Shown one piece after another: positions 39,595 through 49,460 of a DNA stretch of 64,000 nucleotides (position 1 is its first letter; every line of letters starts with the position of its first letter). The DNA is from an uncultured Bacilli bacterium (lineage in GTDB: Bacteria > Bacillota_I > Bacilli_A > RF39 > UBA660). The position numbers and the translations under genes were made by a program. Under the pieces are notes generated by a model. That model ran no database searches. It was not told the DNA's origin and saw only the letters and a list, made by a program, of their open reading frames with translations. Location: positions 25,421-89,420 of the forward strand of contig CAKOXW010000004.1 of NCBI GenBank assembly GCA_934130375.1. The letters run 5' to 3'.

Positions 39595-40308
39595 CTAAGC
39601 ACTGGTTGTCAACATTTTTTCGCAAGATTTAAAATCGAATTTTTTTATTCTTCCAGAGGCCCTGTTATCTAAAAATACGCTTACTCTATACTTACTTGTT
39701 TTAAGAGATTTTAATACATCTTTAACAATATCTATATTTTTATATTTATTATAAAAAGTATTAACTGTTAAGTCAGCAAGTTGTATCCCAAAATTAGTTT
39801 TTGAATCATAATACGTCACTGAAAAATCAAAATTATATGTGCAGAATTCCGTTTTTAAATAGTTTTCTAAATTTTTTAAGTCTTTAACCCTTATATTTCT
39901 GTTATCTACACTTACAACAAAATTAATTAGTTTATTTGTATCAAGAACCGGAATTATACAATCAGAAAATATTAATTTAACTGCATAATTAAAGAATATA
40001 TTAGATTCAACTATTTCTTTTTTCATTATTTCTTTATTAAATACTTTTGCAATAAAACATACATTATCAATCTTTTGAATAGACTTAAAAATATTTACTT
40101 TTTCACAAGGTTTCATATGAAAAGATTTTATTTCACTATTTAAATCCATATTTCTAACTAATTTCATATCCTTATTGATTTTTTTATAAGTTGATATTAT
40201 CTTATTTTTTTCATTAGAAAAAACAAAATAACCACCAACTGCAAAGTATTTAGTATTACTATTTTTGTGAATCGAACCACTTTCATCTAAATAAACATAT
40301 ATAGTCAA
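39595..40308 (-). CDS. DUF3800-like protein
   Basis: N-terminus IYVYLDESGS matches the signature (Y/F)xDESG start of DUF3800 as I recall it. 237 aa. A long hairpin plus T-run follows at about 39505-39575. Confidence 0.5.
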   Translation of the reverse strand: MTIYVYLDESGSIHKNSNTKYFAVGGYFVFSNEKNKIISTYKKINKDMKLVRNMDLNSEIKSFHMKPCEKVNIFKSIQKIDNVCFIAKVFNKEIMKKEIVESNIFFNYAVKLIFSDCIIPVLDTNKLINFVVSVDNRNIRVKDLKNLENYLKTEFCTYNFDFSVTYYDSKTNFGIQLADLTVNTFYNKYKNIDIVKDVLKSLKTSKYRVSVFLDNRASGRIKKFDFKSCEKMLTTSA

Positions 40309-40465
40309 AGTATCACTTCCTTTTAAATAATAAAAGAAATAATATAAATTATTTCTGCACTTAAATCAAAGTAAATACTTAAATTAAATAAATTTTAACA
40401 AATAATTATTATTAAGTCAAGAAAAAAACTTATGAAAAATATCATAAGTTTTACAAGTACTTTTA

Positions 40466-40882
40466 CTATCTCTTTGAGAATTGTGGTGCTCTACGAGCTT
40501 TCTTAAGTCCAGGTTTCTTTCTTTCTTTAATTCTTGAATCTCTTGTGATAAATCCATTAGATTTTAAGATTTTTCTAAATGAAGTTTCACTTGTTGGATC
40601 AGTATTTCCATCATATTCAAGTAAAGCCTTTGTTATACCTAAACGAATTGCACCAGTTTGACCTGAGAATCCACCACCATTAACTTTACAATCAATATCA
40701 AATTTATCTCTTGTATTAGTTACATCAAGTGGTTGACATAAATCCATAACTAATGTTGGGAATGGTAAATATTCATTTACATCTTTTCCATTAACAGTTA
40801 TTTTACCAGTTCCTTCAGTCATTCTAACTCTAGCAATAGAGCTTTTTCTATGACCAGTTCCTGCATATATTTTCTTTGCCAT
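40466..40882 (-). CDS. rpsI: 30S ribosomal protein S9
   Basis: [12 protein letters not shown]...[18 protein letters not shown]...[18 protein letters not shown]. Confidence 0.95.
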   Translation of the reverse strand: MAKKIYAGTGHRKSSIARVRMTEGTGKITVNGKDVNEYLPFPTLVMDLCQPLDVTNTRDKFDIDCKVNGGGFSGQTGAIRLGITKALLEYDGNTDPTSETSFRKILKSNGFITRDSRIKERKKPGLKKARRAPQFSKR

Positions 40883-40890
40883 ATATCCTC

Positions 40891-41322
40891 CTAGTTAAGT
40901 TTCATTTCTACTGGTTTTTGTGCTGCATGTTTGTGATCAGCTCCAGCATAAACGAATAATTTCTTATACATTTGTCTTCCTAGTCTTCCTTTAGGTAACA
41001 TTCCTTTAACTGCTCTTTCAAGCATTTCTTCTGGATAACTTTCTCTCATAGTTTTAGCGCTTCTAACTCTTAATCCACCAGTATAACCACTATGATTATA
41101 GTACATTTTATCATTTAGTTTATTACCAGTTAATTTAACATTTGAAGCATTGATTATGATTACATAATCTCCACAATCAACATGTGGTGTAAAAGTAACT
41201 TTGTGCTTTCCACGTAAAATGTGTGCAGCCTTGCTTGCAACACGGCCAAGAGGCATGTCATTAGCATCGATTACATACCATTTACGTGCAACTTCAGCTT
41301 TCTTTTGCATAAAAGTTGTCAT
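40891..41322 (-). CDS. rplM: 50S ribosomal protein L13
   Basis: Start [20 protein letters not shown] (RBS GGGAGA). Contains [17 protein letters not shown] and [10 protein letters not shown]. Confidence 0.95.
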   Translation of the reverse strand: MTTFMQKKAEVARKWYVIDANDMPLGRVASKAAHILRGKHKVTFTPHVDCGDYVIIINASNVKLTGNKLNDKMYYNHSGYTGGLRVRSAKTMRESYPEEMLERAVKGMLPKGRLGRQMYKKLFVYAGADHKHAAQKPVEMKLN

Positions 41323-41401
41323 AATTATTTCTCCCTTCATAAATAAAAGTCATAGTCCGGAACACTACACTTTTCGGGATGTGAAAAATGTACCAATGTA
41401 G

Positions 41402-41430
41402 ATTGTACTAGAAATAAGGCAATTTGTCAA
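41402..41430 (-). promoter_or_regulatory. sigma-A-type promoter of rplM-rpsI
   Basis: Minus strand TTGACA (41425-41430), 17 nt, TACAAT (41402-41407), about 75 nt upstream of the rplM start. Confidence 0.6.
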
Positions 41431-41484
41431 CAAATACAAACAAAATTAACGTATTTTTACTCCAAATACATGAATAAATAGTAA

Positions 41485-41503
41485 TTAAGCCCACGAATAC
41501 ACA
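41485..41503 (-). repeat. terminator-adjacent conserved motif, copy 2 (TTAAGCCCACGAATACACA)
   Basis: On the minus strand it follows the cdaR terminator hairpin AAGGAGA/TCTCCTT (41511-41529) and T-run. Confidence 0.8.
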
Positions 41504-41519
41504 AAAGAAAAAGGAGAAA

Positions 41520-42866
41520 TTATCTCCTTTGACTTATTATAAGTGTTACTTTCTTAACCTTAGTTTCGTAACTAACTCTTACATCACTACCCTCAACCAA
41601 AACATCAACATCATGAGTACCAGGTCCATAACCACTTAAATCTACATAAACCTTAACACTATTCTCATCAATCTCTTTTAATACAGATTCAACACCTTTT
41701 ACTATTACAGTAGCATACTTATCCGCATCAGATGCTGCATTAATAGAATAAGCATCAGATAAATTTTCATATACTAATTGAACATTTTCAAGTTCCTTAG
41801 TAATCTCAGTTTCAACAGATACAGAAACAGAAGTAACAGTTTCACTCATAGACCTAACACCAGCAGGCTTCTTAATAGTTTCAGTAAACTTCTTAGTATC
41901 AGATAAACCTTCTACATTAACAGGAACCTCAATATTCTTAATATTAGCAAGGGCCTCCTCATCACCATATATAGTTACAGTATCAATAGAAGTTGTAATC
42001 TTACTAATTGCTTTACCAAATGCAACTTTACCTTCAGGAATTACCTTAATTGGTACTACCTTAGAAGGAGATGCAATAGTGATTGTAGCATTTACCTTAT
42101 TAGGAACTATTTCAACATCAATAATATTTCCCTTCTTATCATACGCAATTAACTGAACATCCTTTAAAGTCATATCACCAACTTTAGGATTAGCAATATT
42201 ATTAATATCAACTAAAGCCTTAACAGTTGCTACCTCATCTAACTTATATTGAGCACCTTTAATAATTACTTCTTGTCTATCAAGCTCAACCTTAGATATA
42301 GACAATTTATTATTAAGTCTATCCTGATTAATTATATCAGCAGTTAAAGTCCTACTCTCAGACATCTTAGGATATATTACAACTGTCGCAACAGAAGGGT
42401 CTATTTTATAACTAATCGTATCAATTGAACCCTTATACTTTAAACTTACCTTATGAGTACCTTGTTTTAAATCTTTTAAATCAATATCAACCGCATCAAC
42501 AGGCAATTGCTTAGCCAAATACAAATCTGACTTTCTACCTATCATAGTAACATCTACAGTTTCAGGAATACCCTCAATAACATATGCCTCAGCATTATAT
42601 ATTGCATTAACCTTTTGATTATAAAGCACTTCAGCAGAAGTCTCACTAATAGTAGTAGACTTATCATCTACATACAAAAATATACCAACAGCCATTAACA
42701 AAGAAATAATTACTAAACTACTCTTCTTTGAATATAAAGCCTCAAACTTCTTATTATTACTTTTTAATAAATCATTAATTTTAACAAACAATTTAGATAA
42801 TGGTGTAATTAACTTCTTATCAAAAAATCTACCAATTCTTTTTAAAAACAACTTAATCTTACTCAT
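41520..42866 (-). CDS. cdaR: YbbR-domain protein CdaR (regulator of diadenylate cyclase)
   Basis: N-terminal TM segment followed by repeated YbbR-like beta modules. Overlaps the 3' end of cdaA by 8 nt, the conserved cdaA-cdaR arrangement. Confidence 0.8.
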   Translation of the reverse strand: MSKIKLFLKRIGRFFDKKLITPLSKLFVKINDLLKSNNKKFEALYSKKSSLVIISLLMAVGIFLYVDDKSTTISETSAEVLYNQKVNAIYNAEAYVIEGIPETVDVTMIGRKSDLYLAKQLPVDAVDIDLKDLKQGTHKVSLKYKGSIDTISYKIDPSVATVVIYPKMSESRTLTADIINQDRLNNKLSISKVELDRQEVIIKGAQYKLDEVATVKALVDINNIANPKVGDMTLKDVQLIAYDKKGNIIDVEIVPNKVNATITIASPSKVVPIKVIPEGKVAFGKAISKITTSIDTVTIYGDEEALANIKNIEVPVNVEGLSDTKKFTETIKKPAGVRSMSETVTSVSVSVETEITKELENVQLVYENLSDAYSINAASDADKYATVIVKGVESVLKEIDENSVKVYVDLSGYGPGTHDVDVLVEGSDVRVSYETKVKKVTLIISQRR

Positions 42867-43677
42867 CTTCTGGCTCCTTTTCTGTTTCTAATTCATCATC
42901 ACTAAAATCAGTCTTTGGTTGCAATTCCTCAAGTAAGATAATTCTTAAATCATCTAATGATAAGTTATAACTTAAATCTCCACCCATCGCAACAGATATT
43001 CTACCAGTTTCCTCAGATACAATTACAGAAATACAATCAGATTCCTCACTAATACCAATTGCTGCTCTATGTCTTGTACCTAATCTCTTACCAATTCTTG
43101 CATCAACACTAGTTGGGAATACCGCACCTGCACAAGTAATCTTATCACCTTGAATTATCACACCACCATCATGAAGTGGATTATTTGGAAAAAATATAGA
43201 TATTAACAAATCACTAGTAATTTCCGCATAAACTTTCTTTGCTCTATCAATATATTGTCTTAAACTATAATCTCTTTCAAGTACAATTAATGCTCCAATC
43301 CTATTTTTCTTAAGATATTCACAAGCATTTACTATCTCAGAAACCATCTTTTCTCTTTCAGATAGGGTAAGTGTCTTATGTCTTCCTAATAACTGAGTTC
43401 TACCAAGTTGCTCCAAAGCATTTCTAATTTCAGGTTGAAATATTATTATAAGCGCTAAAGGCCCCCACATTATTATATATTCAAGTAATAAACCAACTGT
43501 AAATAAATCTAACCAATCAGCAATTACCTTTACAATTACTAAAATTACAACACCCTTAAATAATAAAGTCATCTTAACATTATTTCTAATATTCTTAAGA
43601 ACATAATAAAGTAAAAACCATACCAAACATATATCAATTATATTTTTTATTATTGTAACTATTACATCTGTAGTCAT
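42859..43677 (-). CDS. cdaA: diadenylate cyclase CdaA
   Basis: Three N-terminal TM segments plus a DAC domain with GALIVLERD, DGGVIIQGDKI and GTRHRAAIGISE. Confidence 0.9.
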   Translation of the reverse strand: MTTDVIVTIIKNIIDICLVWFLLYYVLKNIRNNVKMTLLFKGVVILVIVKVIADWLDLFTVGLLLEYIIMWGPLALIIIFQPEIRNALEQLGRTQLLGRHKTLTLSEREKMVSEIVNACEYLKKNRIGALIVLERDYSLRQYIDRAKKVYAEITSDLLISIFFPNNPLHDGGVIIQGDKITCAGAVFPTSVDARIGKRLGTRHRAAIGISEESDCISVIVSEETGRISVAMGGDLSYNLSLDDLRIILLEELQPKTDFSDDELETEKEPEDE

Positions 43678-43685
43678 AAATCCTC

Positions 43686-44351
43686 CTATTTTCTATTAAC
43701 TATTTTATGCCTTAAATATATAAACAATATTGACAATATAACAATACTAAACATAGATAACACTATATAAACAGATTTAGATAACTTATTATCTTTCTCA
43801 TATTTAATATATAACTCATTCATACTAGAATTCTTATCTATATTAAATATACACACCTTAGACTTAACATCTATGCAATTACTATCAATAATTTTATAAG
43901 GCAACTTAATCTCGAACTTAATATTATCTAACAATGAATTTGTAGTAATAGTCTCATTAAAATACTTAATATTCTCATTAACAGTAAATTTTAATTCATA
44001 AACTTTATTATTCCTACTCAAACTAACACTATTAAATATATCATTTACTATTATACTATTTTTTTTAAAATAATCAAAGTTATAATATTCTTTTTTTCCA
44101 TAACCAACTCCATAATTACCATCAATATATGCACTTGGTTTATACTTTGAATATAGTCCCTCATTATTAACTAACTTTAATTCCGTATCAAGATAAAGGG
44201 ATACTGAAGCATTAGATATTAAAATATCATCTATACTTTCACTCAAATATACTTCTTCCTTTATACCATCCGTATCAGTCATAGTTAAACGATACGTTCC
44301 AGTACATCCAGTTAGTAGTAATAAAATAGACAAAAAGACAATTTTTTTCAT
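43686..44351 (-). CDS. lipoprotein with C-terminal TM segment, function unknown
   Basis: Lipobox LLLTGC at the N-terminus. 221 aa. Confidence 0.6.
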   Translation of the reverse strand: MKKIVFLSILLLLTGCTGTYRLTMTDTDGIKEEVYLSESIDDILISNASVSLYLDTELKLVNNEGLYSKYKPSAYIDGNYGVGYGKKEYYNFDYFKKNSIIVNDIFNSVSLSRNNKVYELKFTVNENIKYFNETITTNSLLDNIKFEIKLPYKIIDSNCIDVKSKVCIFNIDKNSSMNELYIKYEKDNKLSKSVYIVLSMFSIVILSILFIYLRHKIVNRK

Positions 44352-44417
44352 CTTATCAACCCCTACACAATTAAGTATACCACATTATTATAAAGAAAAA
44401 AAGTTCTCAAATGAGAA

Positions 44418-45320
44418 CTATTCAATATTAAATACTTCTAAATCAGATGTATCTTTTTTAGCTTCATCAGTTGCATTAACACTAGCCATATCAAATTGCT
44501 CAGTTGGTTCACTTGTAAGCGGTGCTACTGGAGTTTCTACTGCAGGCATCTCTGGAACTGGTGCTTCTACAACAGGTTCAGATACTGGTGCATTTACTGG
44601 TGAGAATACTTCTTGAACAGGTGCACTTGCAACTGGTTCTACTGAAGCTACCGGCGTTTCAATTGGAGTTTCAACAGGCATTTTTGCTACAGGCTCTATT
44701 GGTGCTACTGGAGTTTCTACTGCAGTCATCTCTGGAACTGGTGCTTCCACAACAGGCTCAGATACTGGTGCATTTACTGGTGAGAATACTTCTTGAACAG
44801 GTGCACTTGCAACTGGCTCTACTGGAGCATCAACTATTGGTGCAACAGGTTCTACCATAGGTTGTACAGCTGGTTCAACACTAGGAGCACTTTCACCTAC
44901 TGAAGGTACTATAAATGGTGCTTCAGCTACTGGTTCAGTTGATGGTGCGTTTACTGATGAGAATACCTCTTGAACAGGTGCACTTGCAACTGGTTCTACT
45001 GGTGTTTCAACTACAGGAGTAGGTTCAACTGCCATACTTGGTTGAGAAAATACGTTTTCAGCAACATTTGTAACAGGTTCAACTGGAGTAGCTGAAACTG
45101 GTGGAACTGCTTCTAAAGAAGGTTCTTGTACTGGTTCAACTCCTGTTATTGGTTGTGGCGCTATAGCAGCCATGTCATTAGCACTCACATTCTCACTTGC
45201 TTTATTCTTATTCTTTTTATTTCCTATTGCGATAATAATAATTAAGATAATAATTATTCCTAAAGATCCTCCCGCAACATAAATATAATTTTCCGCTAAA
45301 AATTCTAATACTTGATTCAT
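44418..45320 (-). CDS. N-terminally anchored Pro/Val/Ala/Glu-rich repeat protein
   Basis: TM segment (GSLGIIIILIIIIAIG), then repeats of VEPVASAPVQEVFSPVNAPVSEPVVEAPVPEM.AVETPVAP. Codon-level periodicity supports the minus strand. Confidence 0.7.
   Translation of the reverse strand: MNQVLEFLAENYIYVAGGSLGIIIILIIIIAIGNKKNKNKASENVSANDMAAIAPQPITGVEPVQEPSLEAVPPVSATPVEPVTNVAENVFSQPSMAVEPTPVVETPVEPVASAPVQEVFSSVNAPSTEPVAEAPFIVPSVGESAPSVEPAVQPMVEPVAPIVDAPVEPVASAPVQEVFSPVNAPVSEPVVEAPVPEMTAVETPVAPIEPVAKMPVETPIETPVASVEPVASAPVQEVFSPVNAPVSEPVVEAPVPEMPAVETPVAPLTSEPTEQFDMASVNATDEAKKDTSDLEVFNIE
44521..44823. repeat. 180-bp-period tandem repeat inside the P/V/A/E-rich gene
   Basis: The 123-nt blocks 44521-44643 and 44701-44823 are nearly identical (a handful of mismatches by eye). 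A third, degenerate partial copy lies at about 44940-45000. Confidence 0.85.
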
Positions 45321-45402
45321 ATCACACGCCTCCTATTATTAAGAATAGCACATAATTATTTATTTTTCAACAATTTACACAATAAAAAAATGAAAAAGAA
45401 AA

Positions 45403-45990
45403 TTAATTCTTCTTCATTCCAGCATCTTCTATAAATTTAGCATAAGTTTCAACTTGTTGATATCCAACTGTACCAGAAACATATTTACCATCTTTATATA
45501 CAACTACCATTGGTGTTGATAATAAGTTTTCTTTATAGAAATCATTTTCTTTTATTAATTCATTATATGCATTTTCATCAGTTACTTTATTTTTAGCAAA
45601 ATCAAATAATTGAGTTATATCAAAATATAAATGAGTAAATCCATAATCACTTTGTACTTGGTTCATAATAGGTATGAATTTAGCACAATAACCACAACTA
45701 GATCTACCAATATAAATTACTTGATAACCCTTAGCCTTCTTAGCCTTACTAAACTCACTATAATTGATTGCCTTATATTTACTAACATCATATTCTGGAA
45801 TAGTATCACTATCTTTATTATTATCCTTATTCTTATCAGTAGTACTATTTTTATCAATAAAATCATTTGTTCTAGTAACATTTGATATACCAATTGCTAA
45901 ATTTACAACTAATAAAATAATTACTATATAAAGCATATTAACTAATTTACTTGCAATTTCATTACTGATTTCTTCTTTCTTATTTGCCAT
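45403..45990 (-). CDS. membrane-anchored thioredoxin-fold protein (CxxC = CGYC)
   Basis: Start MANKKEE (RBS GGGAGGA), one TM segment, then YIGRSSCGYCAKFIP. Confidence 0.7.
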   Translation of the reverse strand: MANKKEEISNEIASKLVNMLYIVIILLVVNLAIGISNVTRTNDFIDKNSTTDKNKDNNKDSDTIPEYDVSKYKAINYSEFSKAKKAKGYQVIYIGRSSCGYCAKFIPIMNQVQSDYGFTHLYFDITQLFDFAKNKVTDENAYNELIKENDFYKENLLSTPMVVVYKDGKYVSGTVGYQQVETYAKFIEDAGMKKN

Positions 45991-46228
45991 ATCATTTCCT
46001 CCCAAATAAATTATAACATATTTTTTATTAATTCATAGTATTTTTATTAATTAAATGCTATTTCAGTATCAATATTATCATCACTTATTGCAAGATATAA
46101 AAATATCGCACCATAAGATTTTGATACTCTTTTAATTCTCTATCTTATTATCTCTTAATCTCTCATCCTTGTTATTCATACTAAATAATATTTATAACAT
46201 TTATAAAGATGCATAAATACGTATATGA

Positions 46229-47977
46229 CTACATCTCATCAATCATATAAAGCATCCTGTAAGTATCAGAAGAATTCATTAGTTCCTTGTGAGTACCACT
46301 TGCTTCTAAAACACCATCATTTATAACGTGAATTATATCAGAATCCACTATAGTAGATAATCTATGCGCAACTACTATAACTGTATGGTCAAGTATCAAA
46401 TTATCAATAGTTTGCTTAATATATTCTTGAGACTCATTATCAAGTGCACTTGTTGCCTCATCAAAAAGTATTATCTTTGTATTTATAAGTAGAGTTCTTG
46501 CAATCGCAATTCTTTGCTTTTGTCCACCAGATAAGTTGACACCACCTTCACCAATTATTGTTTCATAATTATTTGGTAAACTCATAATATAGTCATCAAT
46601 ATATGCTTTCTTGCAAACCTCACGCACCTCTTCTAAAGTAACATTTTTCTTTACTAATCTAAAATTATCCATAATGCTCAAATTGAATAAAAATGGAGTT
46701 TGTCTAATTATTGAAATATTACTTCTTAAAGACTCTTCAGTTAAATCTTTTATATTAACACCATCTATAGTAATAGTCCCTTTAGAAGCATCAAAATATC
46801 TAAGCAATAAATTAAATATTGTACTTTTACCATTACCACTTCTACCTATTATTGCAATTTTTTTATGAGGCTCAATAGTCATATTAAGTCCTTTTAAAGT
46901 ATAATCTTCATTATCACTATATTTAAAATATACATTATTAAACTTAACAACTCCCTTAGAATTAACTAATTTCTTATTACCAAATGCCTCATCATTATAC
47001 AATCTATTATTAACTATTTCATCAATTCTATTCAAAGATACACTAACCTTGTTGTAGTAAATACCAAAATCACTTAAAGACTCAACAAGCTCATCTATTC
47101 TCCAAATATAAGATTCAATGACTATAAATAATGCATAAGTTAGTTTATTAGTTACAACTAAATAACCAGATGTCGCTAAAATCATTGCTTGCAATACAAA
47201 ATATATAAAATTATTTGAGTAATAGTAACCAATTTCATATTTTTTCATCTTTCTTTGATTAGTAAATAATCTATCAATATTTAAAAATAATCTATCCTCA
47301 ATATTTTTCTTAATACCAAGTGCTTTTATTTCCCTAATACCAGTTAAATTTTCTGTTGCAGTCTTAACTTGTAAATCAGATTCCTTTTTAATTTCCTCCT
47401 GTGTCTTTTTAATTTTAGGAAAATATTTGTAAGATACAAAGCCCATGATAATACTAAAAACTATAATTTCAATACCAAGAATTACTGATGACTTAAACGC
47501 TATTACTAAAACAACAATTATAACTATCGCTCTACAAGCCATTTTCATTAATCTACTTAATAAATCCATTACTCTATCTGGGTCAGTAGTCATTCTGTTA
47601 ATAAATTCACCAACACCCATTTGTTCAAACGCAACAGCAGGCATATCACTTATCTTTCTATATAAGTCCTTTAAAACATTTTTAGAAAACTTAATCTCTA
47701 AATAATTATAAATTAAGTCCCTTGGAATTGCTAAAAGGCAATAAAATAATATGTGCATACTTTCCCTTAAAATTAGAAATATTAAAAACTTCTCAAATAT
47801 TCCCTCAATTAGTGCATCAATCGCATATCCCCAGAAAAATGTGGATAACAATACTGGTAAGTAAGTTATACACACTAAAAAGATATACAAAAATATTCTT
47901 AACTTCTCATCTTTTAAATAACTAAATATCAACTTAAAATTACCCTTTTTCTTGTTTTTAATATTTTTCTTTTTCAT
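46229..47977 (-). CDS. ABC exporter, fused permease/ATPase (MsbA/LmrA-like half transporter)
   Basis: Six-TM N-terminal domain. Walker A GRSGNGKST, signature LSGGQKQR, Walker B ILFDEATSALD. Confidence 0.9.
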   Translation of the reverse strand: MKKKNIKNKKKGNFKLIFSYLKDEKLRIFLYIFLVCITYLPVLLSTFFWGYAIDALIEGIFEKFLIFLILRESMHILFYCLLAIPRDLIYNYLEIKFSKNVLKDLYRKISDMPAVAFEQMGVGEFINRMTTDPDRVMDLLSRLMKMACRAIVIIVVLVIAFKSSVILGIEIIVFSIIMGFVSYKYFPKIKKTQEEIKKESDLQVKTATENLTGIREIKALGIKKNIEDRLFLNIDRLFTNQRKMKKYEIGYYYSNNFIYFVLQAMILATSGYLVVTNKLTYALFIVIESYIWRIDELVESLSDFGIYYNKVSVSLNRIDEIVNNRLYNDEAFGNKKLVNSKGVVKFNNVYFKYSDNEDYTLKGLNMTIEPHKKIAIIGRSGNGKSTIFNLLLRYFDASKGTITIDGVNIKDLTEESLRSNISIIRQTPFLFNLSIMDNFRLVKKNVTLEEVREVCKKAYIDDYIMSLPNNYETIIGEGGVNLSGGQKQRIAIARTLLINTKIILFDEATSALDNESQEYIKQTIDNLILDHTVIVVAHRLSTIVDSDIIHVINDGVLEASGTHKELMNSSDTYRMLYMIDEM

Positions 47978-48002
47978 AAATTCACCTCCACAGAAAAAGA
48001 GA

Positions 48003-48386
48003 TTATTTTTTCTTTTTCAAAGAATCTCTAATCTCTCTTAGTAATATTATTTCTTCACTTGTTTTGACTGGTTCTTCTTTCTTAACTTCTTTTTTCTTAA
48101 ACTTTTCAAAGAACTTAATCATTGCAAATATACATACTGCAACAATAAGGAAATCGATAACAGATTGAATAAACGAACCATATTTTATAGAAGCATTCCC
48201 AACTTTAATTGCTAATCCACTAAAATCAAGTCCACCAAGTATTACCCCAATTAATGGCATTAAAATATCATTAACTAAACTAGTAACAATTTTACCAAAA
48301 GCAGCACCAATTATAACACCTACTGCCATGTCCATTACGTTACCACGAGATATAAAAGTTTTAAAATCACCAATAAATTTCTTCAT
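48003..48386 (-). CDS. mscL: large-conductance mechanosensitive channel
   Basis: FISRGNVMDMAVGVIIGAAFGKIVTSLVNDILMPLIG. Start at M15 of the track ORF. Confidence 0.9.
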   Translation of the reverse strand: MKKFIGDFKTFISRGNVMDMAVGVIIGAAFGKIVTSLVNDILMPLIGVILGGLDFSGLAIKVGNASIKYGSFIQSVIDFLIVAVCIFAMIKFFEKFKKKEVKKEEPVKTSEEIILLREIRDSLKKKK

Positions 48387-48518
48387 TTTATCACTTCCTT
48401 GCTTTAGATTATAACAAATAATAACCACTTTAACAATAGAAAATCATTTTTTATTCAATTACTTTACCTGCAAAATAGTTTACATGGTAAACTATTTCAC
48501 TACACAAATACATATTAC

Positions 48519-48537
48519 TTAAGCCCACGAACACATA
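48519..48537 (-). repeat. terminator-adjacent conserved motif, copy 3 (TTAAGCCCACGAACACATA)
   Basis: On the minus strand it follows the short ftsX hairpin AAGAAG/CTTCTT (48544-48561) and T-run. Confidence 0.8.
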
Positions 48538-48560
48538 AAGAAAAAGAAGACTTTGCTTCT

Positions 48561-49460
48561 TTATATTTTTAAATACTTTCTTACTGAGTTAGCACTACCA
48601 AACATACCCACTATTGTTCCTATTCCTAATAATCCTAATGCTACAAAGTACACAAAAGGCATTGGTTCAACTAACTTTAAGAAAGGAGAAATAGTTTCTA
48701 AAGTTTTAACATGATATAAAGCATTATAACCATATATTGTTACTAATATTGGTATTATTGAACCTAAGAAACCTAAGAATAATCCTTCTATTACAAAAGG
48801 CATTTTAATATTAGCATTAGATGCTCCTACTAATCTCATAATCTCTATCTCTTTTCTTCTTGAGAAAATAGTAATTTTTATTGTATTACTAACTAAGAAT
48901 ATAGTTACTAACACTAAAGCACCAACTATACCAATTAATACTTTTTCAACTACTTGTAATACAGATAATAATTGTTCTACAATTCCTTCTCCATAACGAA
49001 CAAGTCCAACTTTTTCAATATTTTTTATTTGATTAGCAGTATCACCAATCTTATCTACATCCTTAACTTTTATAGAAAATGTATCTGCTAAAGGATTTTC
49101 ATCTTTATCCCAACTCTTTATAATAGTTTCAAACACTTGAGAACTATTCTTCCAAGATTCAGCAACTTGTTCCTTAGTTTCATATACAACTGTATCTATA
49201 TTATCAAGACTATCTATTTTATTTTTAATATTCTCTATCTGCTCACTAGTAGCATCATTATCTACAAATACTACTATAGAAAAATCTTTTTTAATTAATA
49301 CTGCAATATTTTCTATATTATAAGATAATACTATAGAAATTGATACGATAAGTAATGTAATAGTTATACAAGAAATTGATGCGATTGACAAAGAAAAATT
49401 CCTAAATACACTTTTAAAAGCATCTCTTATTGCTCTTCCTAATAATCTAATCTGCTTCAT
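48561..49460 (-). CDS. ftsX: cell-division ABC transporter permease FtsX
   Basis: Start MKQIRLLGRAIRDAFKS. TM1, a large extracytoplasmic loop, then three C-terminal TM segments. Overlaps the ftsE stop. Confidence 0.85.
   Translation of the reverse strand: MKQIRLLGRAIRDAFKSVFRNFSLSIASISCITITLLIVSISIVLSYNIENIAVLIKKDFSIVVFVDNDATSEQIENIKNKIDSLDNIDTVVYETKEQVAESWKNSSQVFETIIKSWDKDENPLADTFSIKVKDVDKIGDTANQIKNIEKVGLVRYGEGIVEQLLSVLQVVEKVLIGIVGALVLVTIFLVSNTIKITIFSRRKEIEIMRLVGASNANIKMPFVIEGLFLGFLGSIIPILVTIYGYNALYHVKTLETISPFLKLVEPMPFVYFVALGLLGIGTIVGMFGSANSVRKYLKI

Noticed and set aside
41323-41400. Possible L13 ribosomal-protein leader in the rplM 5' UTR
   Set aside because: A ~75-nt UTR exists, but I could not fold a convincing conserved structure by eye (only a weak CCGAAAA.../...TTCCGG pairing). 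It needs a covariance-model search.
44522-44860. 112-aa plus-strand ORF (Leu/Gln-rich) over the repeat region
   Set aside because: It is the antisense shadow of the P/V/A/E-rich minus-strand gene. That gene has a TM anchor, an RBS and a start codon. The plus-strand ORF has none and is an artefact of the repetitive GC-rich codons.
44521-45000. Possible CRISPR-like repeat array
   Set aside because: The repeats are 123-nt coding blocks with a 180-bp period inside an ORF. No short repeat/unique spacer structure exists here or anywhere else in the window.
46006-46228. 223-bp intergenic region with a 15-codon ORF after the ABC exporter
   Set aside because: There is no structure or conservation signal. 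It most simply holds the promoter (TGtTATAAT near 46010-46025) of the thioredoxin-fold gene.
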